64,000 nt of DNA from Chlorokybus atmophyticus (Eukaryota; Plantae; Mesostigma and Chlorokybus algae): NCBI GenBank assembly GCA_009103225.1, contig RHPI01002368.1, positions 711,397 to 775,396 on the forward strand, given 5' to 3'. Position 1 is the first letter of the stretch, and each line of letters begins with the position of its first letter. Under the pieces are notes generated by a model. That model saw only the letters and a list, made by a program, of their open reading frames with translations, had not been told where the DNA came from and made no database searches. Of this stretch, positions 39,313 through 51,720 are shown in pieces. A program made the position numbers and the translations under genes.

Positions 39313-42300
39313 ATGGCGGCGGCGGCGGTGGATGAGGCGGAGGAGAGCGACGAGGTCGGAGGGGAGGTCGCCGCCGTCCTGAGGGTCATTGCAGACGGCG
39401 GCGACAATGTCTTTGCTAGAGACGATGCCTTGCGCACGCTGGGGTAACTGGTTGTTGCACGCACAATTGACCGTTGCAACAGGTGAAATGTATTCACTAG
39501 GACGTAACAAAGCTGTATCTCGCACATGTTTTGCCCTTAGCAGGATGTTGATGTTCAGTCTCTCTCATCTTGCAGACTTGTATACATGCATGCACGCGCA
39601 CAGCTAACACACACGACTTTCAGTAAAACAGTCGTTGTCGCTATAGATCAAGTTCAACGTTGTTGACATGCGACTACTTTACCATTGTGGTATCACACTA
39701 TCCTTACTACACATTGCATGCAGACACGCATGTAGACCTACTCACAGTATGCAGTGCATAGCACACGTGCGCATGCGCACACACACACGCATGCACACAC
39801 ACAGGCAGCTTCTCCACGACCACCCCACTTCCTCTCCCCTCCCTTCCTCCCCTCTCCTCCTCTCCACCCTCCTCCCTCTCCTCTCCCCCACCACCCACAC
39901 CCACACTCTGCTCCTCGCCCTGCACGCCGCGGGGACGCTCTGCCTGCGCGGGGGCGGTGGACACACACACACACACAACAACCACATCAACATCGGCGAT
40001 GAGATGCTGCCGACGCTCGTCACGTTGCTGGCGAACCAACAGAAGAAAGGAGTGGGGCAAGATAGAGGACACGCGAGGTGAGTGCGTGTGAGTGGGTGGG
40101 TGGGTGGGTGTTGTGTGTGTGGGTGTGTCTCATTGGTGGGTTGAAGGTTGTGTGTGGCGTTGATGAGGGCAACGCACGCGGCGCTTGCGGAGGTGCGGTC
40201 GCTCGATCAGACTCAAGTAAGCAAGCGCATGTGTGCATGCACGCGCGCGCGCGCGCGTGTGCGTGCGTGAGTGTGGGTGGGCGTGCGCGTGTGCGCGTGT
40301 GCACATGTGCACAAGTGCTTGCATACCTGCGCGCGTGCACGTGCGTGTGCGTGTATGCGCGTGTGCGGGCGCTCGCATGCAACCCAACATTACGCCAACA
40401 CGCACGCAATCAATCACTCCCTTACACTACCAGGTGAGCACGTTGATCCGTGCCCTGCGGCCTTTTTTCCTCTACGGCCTCTCCCCTACTACTCCCTCTT
40501 CCGATGTCTCCACTCCCAAGTCAACATCCTCCTCCTCCTCCTCCTATACGCCTCCCCACCGCCGCTCGATATCCTCCTCCTCACCGTCGATATCCTCTTC
40601 CTTCTCCAGCGATGGTAGCGATATCAGCGACACGGCCAGCGATACGCAGTCCAGGAGTGGAGATATCTCCTCGCGTGTGCGCGCGGGGGCGATGCAGTGC
40701 GTGCAGGCGATGTGTGTGTGTGCGGGTGGAGATGTGGGAAGGAGTATGTTGCACGCGCAGTGGGCGTACCTGTTCCCGGCGGGTGATAGTGTGGAGGAGG
40801 TTGTTGGGGGAGGGGAGGAGAAGGCGAGGAGAAGGGAACCCAACCTAGTTACGGGGATGATGTACGACCCGAGTGCTAAGGTGGGTGGGAACGGGTGTGG
40901 GTGTGGGTGTGAGTGTGGGTGCGTGGATGTGTGTCTGCGCGTGTGCGTGTTTGCGTGCGGGCGCGCATGTGTGTGCGTGCGTGTGCGCATGCGCTCATGT
41001 GCATGCGCGTGTGTGTGCGAATGTGAATCTGCATGTGCGCACACACGTGTGTGTGGCTGTCTGCGCGCATACGCGCGGGTGTGGGCATGCACACATGCGC
41101 GCGCAATCGCTCACGCACACATAAGTGAGCGCGCGCATGTGCTTGCGTATGCATGTGCGTGGCTAATGAAACAAAAACTCTTCACTACAACACTCCAATG
41201 CACCACACTACAGTACACTCTATCACGTACTGTAGTGTGTGCGTCCAGGTGCGGGTGGCGGCCGCAACGGCGATCGCACTTGCGTTGGAGGGGCGGCCAA
41301 CACGCGCATTCCTGCTGTCGGCAGCTGACTGGGACGGCCGACCCACACTTGCATCACCATTTGTCGGCCTCTCAGGACTACTCGGCCGCATCATCGTTCA
41401 AGTATGAGGAGGACTTGTGTGTGCCACACCACACACGCACACGCACACGCGTGCACACGTGCACTGTTCATATGCACGCATACGCACATGCGCACACACA
41501 CATGCACGAGCACATATCTACACACACGCATGCGCACCGATACCACAACCTGCAAACGCACACGCAACAACAATGTGCGCAGCTTCATGTGGCGCTGGCG
41601 AGGGCGTGTTGTGTGTCGGCGGAGGCGAGCGCGAGCGTGCGCGCGTTGGCCGCCCGCGCCCTCGCGCAGTTGATATCGGCCTCGCCCTACGATCGCCTGC
41701 CAGGAGCCACTCTGAGCAGGACCGTTATCACCCTCATCGGTGAGTGTATGTTAACACTGCATGTTGTGTATGTGTTTTGTGTGCGCTGTAAGGGGGCAAA
41801 TCGGCTGCAGAGTGTTTGCAAGGGGGCAAGGGCAGGGGTTTCGCAGGCGATACTGCAGGCTATACTGCAGGCGTCTCTAGCCCTTATATCGCCTGTGTTG
41901 GGGCTGCGCTCGGGGCCCAAGCAGCCGAAACACACATAAAAGGTGGGTGGGTGCATTGTTGTAAGGATTTACAGCAGAAAGGCTGATGCATGCACTTGTC
42001 TTTTGTTGTTAGACGAGATCCCAACACTGGTTGCTATGCTGTTCGATATCGCCGAGAGCCCGATATCGCCCTTGACATGCAAAGCTGACGCGCTGCAGTC
42101 TCTTCAAGTAAGCGTATTTGTTGTTTTGTGCTGCATGTATCAACTCGCTAACAATCTTATCACTGTTCGTGTGTATGTTGGGCTCGTAGGTGGCAGCAGC
42201 GCGTCATGTTGAGCACTTGTGGCCGAAGTGTTTCAATCGTGTGCTGGCAATATCCGAGTCATGTGTTGTGTTGAATTGTAACAGAAGTAAGGGTGATGAC

Positions 42301-44334
42301 AGGGACGAGCTGGACAGGCTTGCACTCGCAGCAGTGAAGGTGAAGTAAGCACGCACATGTATACAAAGGCACACACTTATGCATGAAGTGTATGTGTGTT
42401 CGTGTGCACAGACACCCACACAAGTATATATCCACATACGCAGACAGACACACACGCTTGCACACATGCACGAGCATCCACATGCAAGCGTCTTGTCTAT
42501 CAACTACCGATTGCGCTTCATTCACATGCGTGCAAACTTACACATACGCACACACACTTCCTCAACACAGCTGCTTGGAGAGCTTTTGCGTGTAATTGGT
42601 GGCGTAACAACAACGCCCGATATCGCTGATGGGAGTGATACCACACCAGACAGACACGCGATCCCCATCAACGACAACGCCGATATCACGCACGCGTGGC
42701 AACAGGCACTCGACTCTGTACTGATGCAATCCGCACGCCACGAAGCCTTACAAGTGAGTGTGATGATGATACGTTACTTCAGCAATGTTTAATGGTTGAA
42801 TCACTCCAATTTGCTTGTGATATCAGGTGCGTGCGGCAGCGTTGATGGCAATGTCTAGTATCTCCCCGTTGATATACGCTTCACTACCACGTATGCATAA
42901 AGATAATCTGGTCACGCAATCACTATCATCCACAAGAGACTCCACCGCAATCGTGAAGGCTTCTGCGCTTCGATTGGTCGGCTCATTGGCGAGAGCGGAG
43001 ATAATGTTGGGTTGTAGTTCATGTGTTGATACAGATGTGAGTAGTTTGTTGGATGTTTTGACTTCTGTTGGGAGTATGGAGGCGATATCTGTGCGGGTGG
43101 CGGCAATATCGGCGCTAGCGGACGCCTGCGAGGCGATATCCAGGGGAATTGATATTGGTTTCACAGTTGATATCTCTGCTCTAGCTTGCTGTGTGCTAAT
43201 ATCGGCTAAAGAGGGCGATAAAGTGCGTGCGCACGCGCTGAGAGCGCTGGGATATCTGGCTCGCTGTGCGGATATTGGCTGGGTGGACGATGCGGTGGCA
43301 GTTATGATGGAGGTGATGTCGATATCAAGCGGGGCAAATGCGAAATCGCAGTGGAACGCGTGTCACGCTGTAGCGCAGTTGCTGGGCAATCCCAAAGTAG
43401 ACATTGAACACACTGCATGGGCTCCGGCGCTGTTCTCCAATCTGCTAACGTTGGTACGTGCTTGCAAGCCTTGAAACTATTACTTCTGTACACATGATGC
43501 GCAATGCACACGCAGGCACACACGCGCCCACACACACACCCTTGCGCACTTGTTGGTTGTGTTTGTGCCTGCGCATGTGGACATGTCTGTACCTGTAGGT
43601 GTGCATGTGCGCGTAGGTTGTAAACGCAGGCTGACACGTTCGCATACATTCATACACACGCACAGGTGGAGTCATCACCCAATTATAAGATCAGAATTCA
43701 CGCTGCGCTCGCGCTCGCAACACCCACATCTTGCGCAAGCTATGGTAACAGCAACATTTGTTGCATATTTCTTGATCACCTCTCTCATGCTGATATCCGT
43801 TCTCCCATTGCAGGCCCTGCTTACATCGATATCGTCGCCGGCCTTGCGCGCGCGCTGTCGATGTCCGTTGCGGGGGAGGCCACGCCAAGCCTTGTAGAGT
43901 ACAAACACAAACCCAATCTGGAGTCTCAATTGCGAGTATGCATCGATAGCACGCTGATGTTGGTTGTTACTGCTGAAGGCTGGGTGTTGAGTGATGTTGT
44001 TGCGTGTGTGGTAATGCAGGCGAGTTTGGCGCATATACTTTCGCTGTGCCATGTTGGTGATATCGATGTTGCGGCCCGGGTAAAGGCGCATATAGAGCAG
44101 TCGCAGCTGGCATTCATCTTTGAACAGGTAGGATGTTTGCTTTACTGCTGCTGTGGTTGCTGCACATTTACACATAGTTTGTAAAAGATACTCCTCACTC
44201 CATTTGCTTTGCAGGTGTCATTACTTGCTAGCAGCAGCAATGGCGGACATCTGAGAGATATCCGCGACAGCGGCTTGGAGACATTGCACAATTTAACAAT
44301 CTCAGAAAGCCTTATCCAAAGGACGCAAGATTGA
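39313..44334 (+). CDS. HEATR6: HEAT-repeat protein, HEATR6-like (DUF4042-type region), multi-exon
   Basis: MLHAQWAYLFP, MMYDPSAK/VRVAAATAIALALEG, GDKVRAHALRALGYL, NAKSQWNACHAVAQLLGN and SSPNYKIRIHAALAL are characteristic of HEATR6 homologues. Start and stop are inferred. Confidence 0.8.
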
Positions 44335-45236
44335 CTGATACAGCCACATTTGCTAGGATTACCCACCTTGTTGTGTATATGTACATCACATGCGCATATG
44401 TACATTGGTATGTGTATCTTGTGTGTTTCTGTGTATGTGTGTATGTTGTGACTACGCGTCGGTGTTGGGTGTGGCAAGGACGTCATTGGCGAAGTGGGCG
44501 TGAGCCTCATATGAATGGGCCTGCATGTCAAAGGGCCCGAGCCCGTGCGTCATGTGCAGTCCCCCAAATAGCCCTAAAGCTCTATACATGGTAGAGACAC
44601 TCAAATGGTGGAATACACAGATAATAAGACAAGTTTGCCTAACTTGGGGGCAAATCTGCAAGCATATACAAACATGACAAACCAACGCTGAATTGTGAAT
44701 GCATGTGTGCGAGTGCACTCATGTGTGTACTCAGATGCACGCGTGCATGCGCATGCGTGCATGTGCGCGTATGTGTGTGTGGATGTGCATGTGCACGGGC
44801 ATATAAGCACGCACATTTATGTCATGCCGTGCACCTTAAGCAACAATTGCCTGCAAGCGGGGCTGCAAGCGGGGCTGCAGCTGGTACCATAGTACACACA
44901 CACGCACGCACGCACGCACCCATATGCATGCATGACATTGCATGTGCTTGACACCATGCATGCTACTGATCTAGCGTACTGTCTTGTACACACAGCATCA
45001 GCGACAGCTGTCATGCCTGATCTCCTACCAGCTGCCCCACCTCACCACCTGCCCGCATTATCGAGGAAGCACACACGACTACCAGCAGCTGCCACGCTGA
45101 CTCTCAACCTCTACTGAATTCTTTCTCTTTTACCTACCCGATATATAGGTAGTCAAGCAATACGTGTACGTATCAATATATGTACGAACGGTGTACTTGC
45201 CATGACAGAAGTGGGGTTGGGAACATGTACATACAG

Positions 45237-45555
45237 AAGCATAGAATGCGGTATGCTTGTGGGGGCTGGATAATGCTCACATCGTTAGTCTTAGCTATCA
45301 TAGCCAGATGATCTTGCTTACATATACACATGCAAATGTCATCTTAGCTGACAGCCAAACATAGCATTTGGTATGCTTGGTCATGACGCTCACATCGTCA
45401 GTCTTGGCTATCATAGCCAGATGATCTTGCTTACATGTACACAAGCGGATGTTATTTCAGCTAACAGCTAAACATAGAATTTCGTATGCTTGGTAATGCT
45501 CATGTCGTCAGTCTTAGCTATCTTGCTTGCACATGCGAATGTCGTCTTAGCTATG
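45237..45555. repeat. Degenerate tandem repeat, about three copies of a unit of about 115 bp
   Basis: GCTCACATCG(T/C)...AGTCTT(A/G)GCTATCATAGCCAGATGATCTTGCTTACAT recurs at about 45275, 45390 and 45500. Confidence 0.8.
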
Positions 45556-47080
45556 GACCACTAGTAGCTATCACTCCAAGTCATGAGTCGTGGTATGCAC
45601 AATGCTGTTGACTCCTTGTTGCGATTGCGATTGAGATTGCTAGCGCGGTTGATGTGTTGTTTATGCAATATGCGTACATTTGTCGTATGTTTACTTTAAC
45701 TCTGTGTGGGGGAGTGATAGGTGTGCTCGATGGTATGGTAAAGTGCTCGTTAAACTTCTCTACGTACTCACACAATCAACACGATTGCCTCCTCCCACGA
45801 ACCCGCAACGAATACCATCGATGGTACACGCACAATGTCACGCCCAAAGATGGCAAGGCTTTACTCATTCTCATGTGCTGCTCGCTATAGCATAGCTTGA
45901 CAGTGGGTTGCAGATGTTTGCTCCTTCCAGGTGCGTATACAATGCATAGTGGATTGCGGTTTGCAACCAGTGTATGAGTTCAAAGAGCCTTGGGCAAGGC
46001 ATTGTACAAGTAGTGAGTGGGGCCGGCACGGGCATCAGGACAGGGCTGATCAGTACGCAGTCAGATTATGTGATGTGACATGCATTGTTGCCTCACGCGA
46101 GGACAAGTATGGGGTTGGCATCATCCGCGCAAGATTGCTCTGCCATCATCCGCGTGGATGATGCGTGCGCAAGAATGTCCGGCGATAGAGCAATTATGAG
46201 TATACAAGGAGGATGCTGGCAATGGCTAGACATCACAAGTATAGGGGTCCTTATGCTTACTGCTGTGTGAGGGGTGCTTGGCGGTAGCTGTTATAATGGC
46301 CTTGCCATTACTCTATGTTGGGTAGGCAGTGTGCTATGTTTGGAGCGATGTGCAAAGGGAGACTAGAAGACAGACTTCCTCACAAGTATGTCTTTAGGAG
46401 AGCTTGTTTTAAAGAGAAGGACTTGGGACCATCCGCTGCTTTTACGTTTCCACTTTGAGACTAGATAATAACTGAAATGAATGAAATCTTGCATACATTT
46501 TTGTATGACTGACAGTGTATGAACATGCATGCCATACAATAGGCTAGTGCTTGATGCACTGGTTGGCTTGGTTGCAAGACAAGATCTAGCTCTGAATGGT
46601 CTGCATTACACACAAACAATCAAACTGCAACAGTAAACAACAACATGACAACAAGCAATGTGACTTCGAGCTGCATGCTAGTGCACATATACATAAGGAT
46701 TACTCTCAGCAAACAATCAAATTTGCGTATATGTTTGAGATTATAAACACATATTTCAGATCACGCAATAAAGATAACCATATGCGCATGGTGTGTTATG
46801 GTGTGCAAAGCCAAGTGGCAAGTATGCTATATATGCGTAATATGAGGTCATGAAGCGCATGAAATGCGCGCCCATGAACTCAAGATTTCTTTAATGAGTT
46901 ATGGGACTCTTGTGCCCCTATCTTGTGCCCCTAATGCCCTTGGCACTTGGGAGCACAAGCACTCACCAGAGTGAGTTACAAGCTCCTTAACTAGTCGCTT
47001 GAAACCTTAGCACGGCGGCGCCATTCTGGGCGTGGGTGGCAAGTGTGGTTTTAGGGTAAGGGAGGAGGTCGACCTCTACC

Positions 47081-50000
47081 ATGGCCACCACACGGTCAAA
47101 GAGCCCGTGGCGATGGAGATGACGTGGAAGCCACGGCCAAGGCGGATAGGCTTGCCGCCAATAGGTTAGCGCGGGCTACAAGTTCTTGTTGCCACGCCTT
47201 GAGTGAGGAGGAGGAGAGAAGAGCGGCGAGTGAGGAGAGAAGGGTGCCCCCCCCCNNNNNNNNNNNNNNNNNNNNNNNNNNNNNNNNNNNNNNNNNNNNN
47301 NNNNNNNNNNNNNNNNNNNNNNNNNNNNNNNNNNNNNNNNNNNNNNNNNNNNNNNNNNNNNNNNNNNNNNNNNNNNNNNNNNNNNNNNNNNNNNNNNNNN
47401 NNNNNNNNNNNNNNNNNNNNNNNNNNNNNNNNNCCCCGTGGAGGTGGAAGAGGAAGTGAACAAGGAGGGTGATGGTGGTGACGACGAGGACGAGGACAAT
47501 GAAGACCCGCCCTTCGTCACTTACAAGCGTAAGAAGAGGGAGGCAAGCCTGCTCTTTAACGCTTCCACCCCGTCCATGACACCAACGGAGGCCATGGCGA
47601 GGAGGTTAGAGGAGTTGAAGGCGGAGAACATGCGCCTCAAGCGTGGGAAGGCGCCCGCCTTCCCTCATGATGAGCCTGTTGACGAGCCCAACAACCCGCT
47701 ACTCGTAAGCATCCTTCACCGCGACAAAATCGACTCCACCACGCCCAATGCTCGTGCAGGGGCGTTGGCCACTTGCTTTTGCGATCCGGCGGTCCCCTGG
47801 AAGGAGATCATGAACAAGCGGGCTCGACAATATATCGACGTGGCTTTGAGCCTATGTATAAATGCCCGCAACCACCGTGTTGCTCACATGTGCTCTAAAA
47901 GCACAGGCTGTGCTCTGTGCACCATGTGGAAGTCGCCAACAAGCATAATTGGAAGGTGGTGGAGGAGCTCACAAGAGACCCTCTAGCCACGGACGATGCA
48001 GAGGAGAAGCACTTGAAGAAGGCGATCAAGTTCTTCTTCGGCGCAGCCCAAGCCTAAGGCAAAGCCTACCTACACTCCTGCTAGGGGGCGGGGTTTGAAC
48101 CCCTCCCGCTACTCTGGGTCCTATGCATTAGGTGCAGGGCATAGCAGCTATAGGACCGCTCCTATGCAATCTCAGGCCGCTTCCGTTGGGGGTCAACGTG
48201 ACTCCCGCACCTGCTACAATTGCGGGGAGCCTGAACACCTCCATGCCTATTGCCGTAAGCCCTCAGCAGAACGTGGCGGCCATTAGTTTGGTAGCGCAGC
48301 TCTGTAATTGTCGCGACAGCCTTGTAGTTGTACACTTGTAGCCGTGCTGACGTTATGACAGCCTAGTAGCTGTGCACTTGTGCGCTATAATTGCTTGTAA
48401 CTTCTTCATAAGGTCTCAAACGACCCCCGAATGGGGATGAAACTTTAGACGCAGCAGTGTGACATAGTGACGCTCATGAAGAGCCAAAAAACGTAATATC
48501 TAAACACGGTTTGCTATGGTTGCAACTTGTTTGGCTCATAACTTTTATTTGAGGCCCCGGCCAGACCAAAGTCCTTTTATGTTTATATGCGGCTCTTCAG
48601 CATGAGCGCTGACTAACGCTTTCCTTTAACACCTTAATCGTCCCAACCGGACATCGTTTGCAAAAGTTATGACCGTGACAAGATGGGAGTGCATGCACTC
48701 ACTTGTTGCACATACGGGGGGCAGAAACGAAGGCAGCGTGCACTATGGCACTTGATTAAACTTCAATTGAGTCCACGTTGGTGGAGGACTGGATGAAATA
48801 CCATGAGTTTGCACGAGCACCTAGCAATTTGGTGGTGGAAGGCCCATGCATGAGGCACCGCTTATGGGGGGCCTTGCCAGCATAGCAGCAAATTTGTGAG
48901 TCTACCAAGGTGCTTTTGTGGGTGGAGTACGGGTACAAGCTACCATGGGCAATTGACCCACCCCCCGAATGGGCATTCACCAAACCACAAGGGTGTGCTT
49001 GAGACTGCGGACTTCATTGCGGCTGCCTTTGCCAACCTGGTGCATAATGGGGCCGCACAAAAGTTTGTCACACCCCCCCCCCCCCTCGTGGTGAGCCCAC
49101 TCGACGTGGTCGATGATGGCCGCAAGCTGCGCCTCATCATGGACTTGCGCTATGTCAACTCCTTCTTGGTAAACACGCCGCTTATATATTAGGTTTTGCG
49201 CAGCATCTCGGACTTGCTGCAGCCCAAGGACTGGTTGTTCTCCACGGACTTGAAGTCCGGATACCACCATGTAGACATACACCGCGTCTTCTGGGGCTAC
49301 CTAAGGTTCGTTCGTTCGTTCGCGGGCAAAGTGTACAACTTTTGCTCGTTGCTATTTGGGTTGAGCAACGAGTGCTTTGTGTTCACAAAGGTGATTAAGC
49401 AATTGATGCATCGTTGGCGTGTACAAGGCATCCGCGTATTGCCATACATTGACAACTTCTTGTTTGCTGCAAGCCCCAAGGCTGAGCATGCCTCCACCCT
49501 ACTTGTGGTGAAAGCATATGCAGCATGGTGCGGGTTGGTGATCAACACCAAGGCACAAACTGTGCTCAGCATAGTCATCATCTTTCTTGGCTTTGTGTGG
49601 GATACACATGCTGGCATGGTGCGTGTTCTCGGCAAGAAGCGAGATGGTCTACTCCTAGATCTGCGACGCGCATTTTGTGATAGGCGCCATGTGCCCGTGA
49701 AGTTGCTGGCCCGCATCTGTGGAAAGCTACAGTCCATGTTCATGGTGTTAGGCCTTGCGTTAAACTCATGACTTGGCATACACGTCGGTTGATTGAGACG
49801 CGCCGCTCCTGGAGGTCACATATGGTGCTGCGCAAGGCGGAGAATAATGAGCTTACATGGCTGCGAGACCACTTTAAGGAGCTTTTTGTGGCGCCCCATA
49901 TGGCCTACAGTGCAGCCAGACATCGTGCAGTTTGTGGAGCGAACGGCACTGGTTTGGGATTTATGCGCCGTTGCACGACTACCCTAGCAGCAAAAGGCAC

Positions 50001-51190
50001 ATTCACACCTCAGGAGTGCCTGACTTCATCAACATACCGTGAGCTTTTGGGCCTTGAGCGTGCACTGCTCACTGTGGAGGAGGAGCTACATGGACGCACG
50101 GTCCTGTGCTATGGCGATGCCCGCAATGTGTACTACATTATGCGCAAAGGGGGCAGTGAGGCCGAGCACTTGCAGCAAGTGGCATGCCGTATTATGTTTA
50201 CATTGCCACCGGCATCGCATTCGCTTGCACGTAAAGTGGTTACCACGTGAGCTCAATGCGGAGGCGGACGCGCTCCACAAACCATCGGATTGGAATCGTT
50301 GAACCTTGCTACCCCCATGGGTGCACTGGCTAGCCCGCAATCGGGGCCTCTTTGATGTGGACCGCTTTGCCACGGATGCCGACACTGCGCGTGTGGCCTT
50401 CAACTCGGTGTTGCCATATCCAGGCTCATTTGGCAATGCCTTTTCAATCTGACTGAAGTGGCTGCAACAAGTGGTGCCATCCCTCGCCACATTGTGTGGG
50501 CATTGTGCTGCGCCACGCCCGCAAATGCAAGGCTCGCATGTGCCTCATTGTGCCCGAGTGGACAACCCAAATTTGGTGGCTTGTGCTTTGCCTCGGCGGG
50601 GTGTGGGCACCATTTGTCACAGATGTTGTGAGCCTACCCAGCGGCCTTGCCTGCTTGTGGCCTAGCCCTCGAGTTCCGGAACTTCAAGTGAAGTTCAAAG
50701 GGGCGTGCCCAATAGTCGTATGTGGGCATTGCGGATTGACTTGCGTCCTAGCCATTGACATATGCTGTGTGCAGCTGCTGTTAAGCATAGCCTACAGTCG
50801 CTTATGCCCAACGTCCCCGGCGACTAAGAGAGTGAGCGCCTGTGCACCTTGTACCCGGCAGTGGCAGCGGCGTCACGTGCTACTAGCACTTTGCGGGGCC
50901 ATGAGGGCTACTGGCGTCACTTTATGGAGTTCTGCACGCCTCGTGGTTGGGCTGCCCTGCCAGCAGACCCTGGCACAGTGGCCCTACTTTTGATCAAGGT
51001 GTTGGTGGATTCACCATCCCAGCACCTATGAAACATGCCTTTTCGGCCATACATGCTGCGCATACAATGGCAGGCCTCTCCCACTACGCATACACTCGTT
51101 GCGGTGGTGCGTGAGGCCGCTGCCAGGTTGCTACCATTGAACACGCGGAAGAAGGATGCCTACGCCTGAGCTCTTGCAAGCCATGGTCTG
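47081..51190 (+). mobile_element. Decayed DIRS-type (tyrosine-recombinase) retrotransposon: gag-like, RT, RNase H, methyltransferase-like domain, 5' part of YR
   Basis: Zinc knuckle CYNCGEPEHLHAYC (48212-48253). RT motifs KLRLIMDLRYVN, DLKSGYHH and YIDN. RNase H motifs YRELL and WLPRELNAEAD. MT-like DVDRFA and LIVPEWTTQIWW. YR N-terminus STLRGHEGYWRHFMEFC. Many stops and frameshifts. Confidence 0.88.
47256..47433. other. Assembly gap (N run) in the DIRS gag region
   Basis: 178 consecutive N characters. Confidence 0.99.
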
Positions 51191-51199
51191 ATTGACCCA

Positions 51200-51720
51200 T
51201 AGCGACCCCTTAGCAATGCTTCCACCGGTGATCTTTGAGTTGAGCGTCCGTAAGCATGGCTCTCACTTCTCCAAGAGTGTGCCATTGAGCCTCTATGCAT
51301 CTCCATTTTGTTGAGTGGTATGTGGCGCGGTGGTTTCATGAGTTAGGCCTTTTCTTGCAAAATACGCTTTGAGCTCGTTGATCACATACTCGCCTCCTCT
51401 GTCTGTGCAAAGAATGACTGTCTTGTGTTCCGATTGCGTCTCCAGCATCGTGAGGACCTTTTTGACAATAAATTGGGACTTCAACCCAAAAGGTACAATG
51501 ACAGACAGCTTGCTATAATCGTCAAGGAAAGTGCAGAAGGAGAGGCTCCCCTCTTCCTTGGCAGTAATTGGCAAAGCAACAAACATTCATATGCACCAGC
51601 TTTAACACCCTTGTGCTCACATGTGTTGATTGTGGAAAGGGCTGTCGATGCTGCTTGCTAAGCATGTTGACTAGAGATGCTGCATGCAACCATGCACAAC
51701 AAGCATACACAGCACAGTGG
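51200..51720 (-). mobile_element. Ty1/Copia integrase fragment (degenerate)
   Basis: KQHRQPFP, LVHMNVC, TFLDDYS, TDRGGEY, TAPHTTQQNG and ERLNGTLLEK, which form the DDE core. Confidence 0.88.

Noticed and set aside
1850-44950. Many ORF-track entries rich in Cys/Val/Ala/Arg or His/Thr (MCVCVRA..., HTHTHARA...)
   Set aside because: These are translations of intronic CA/TG/CG tracts, which lack stop codons. They are not metal-binding proteins.
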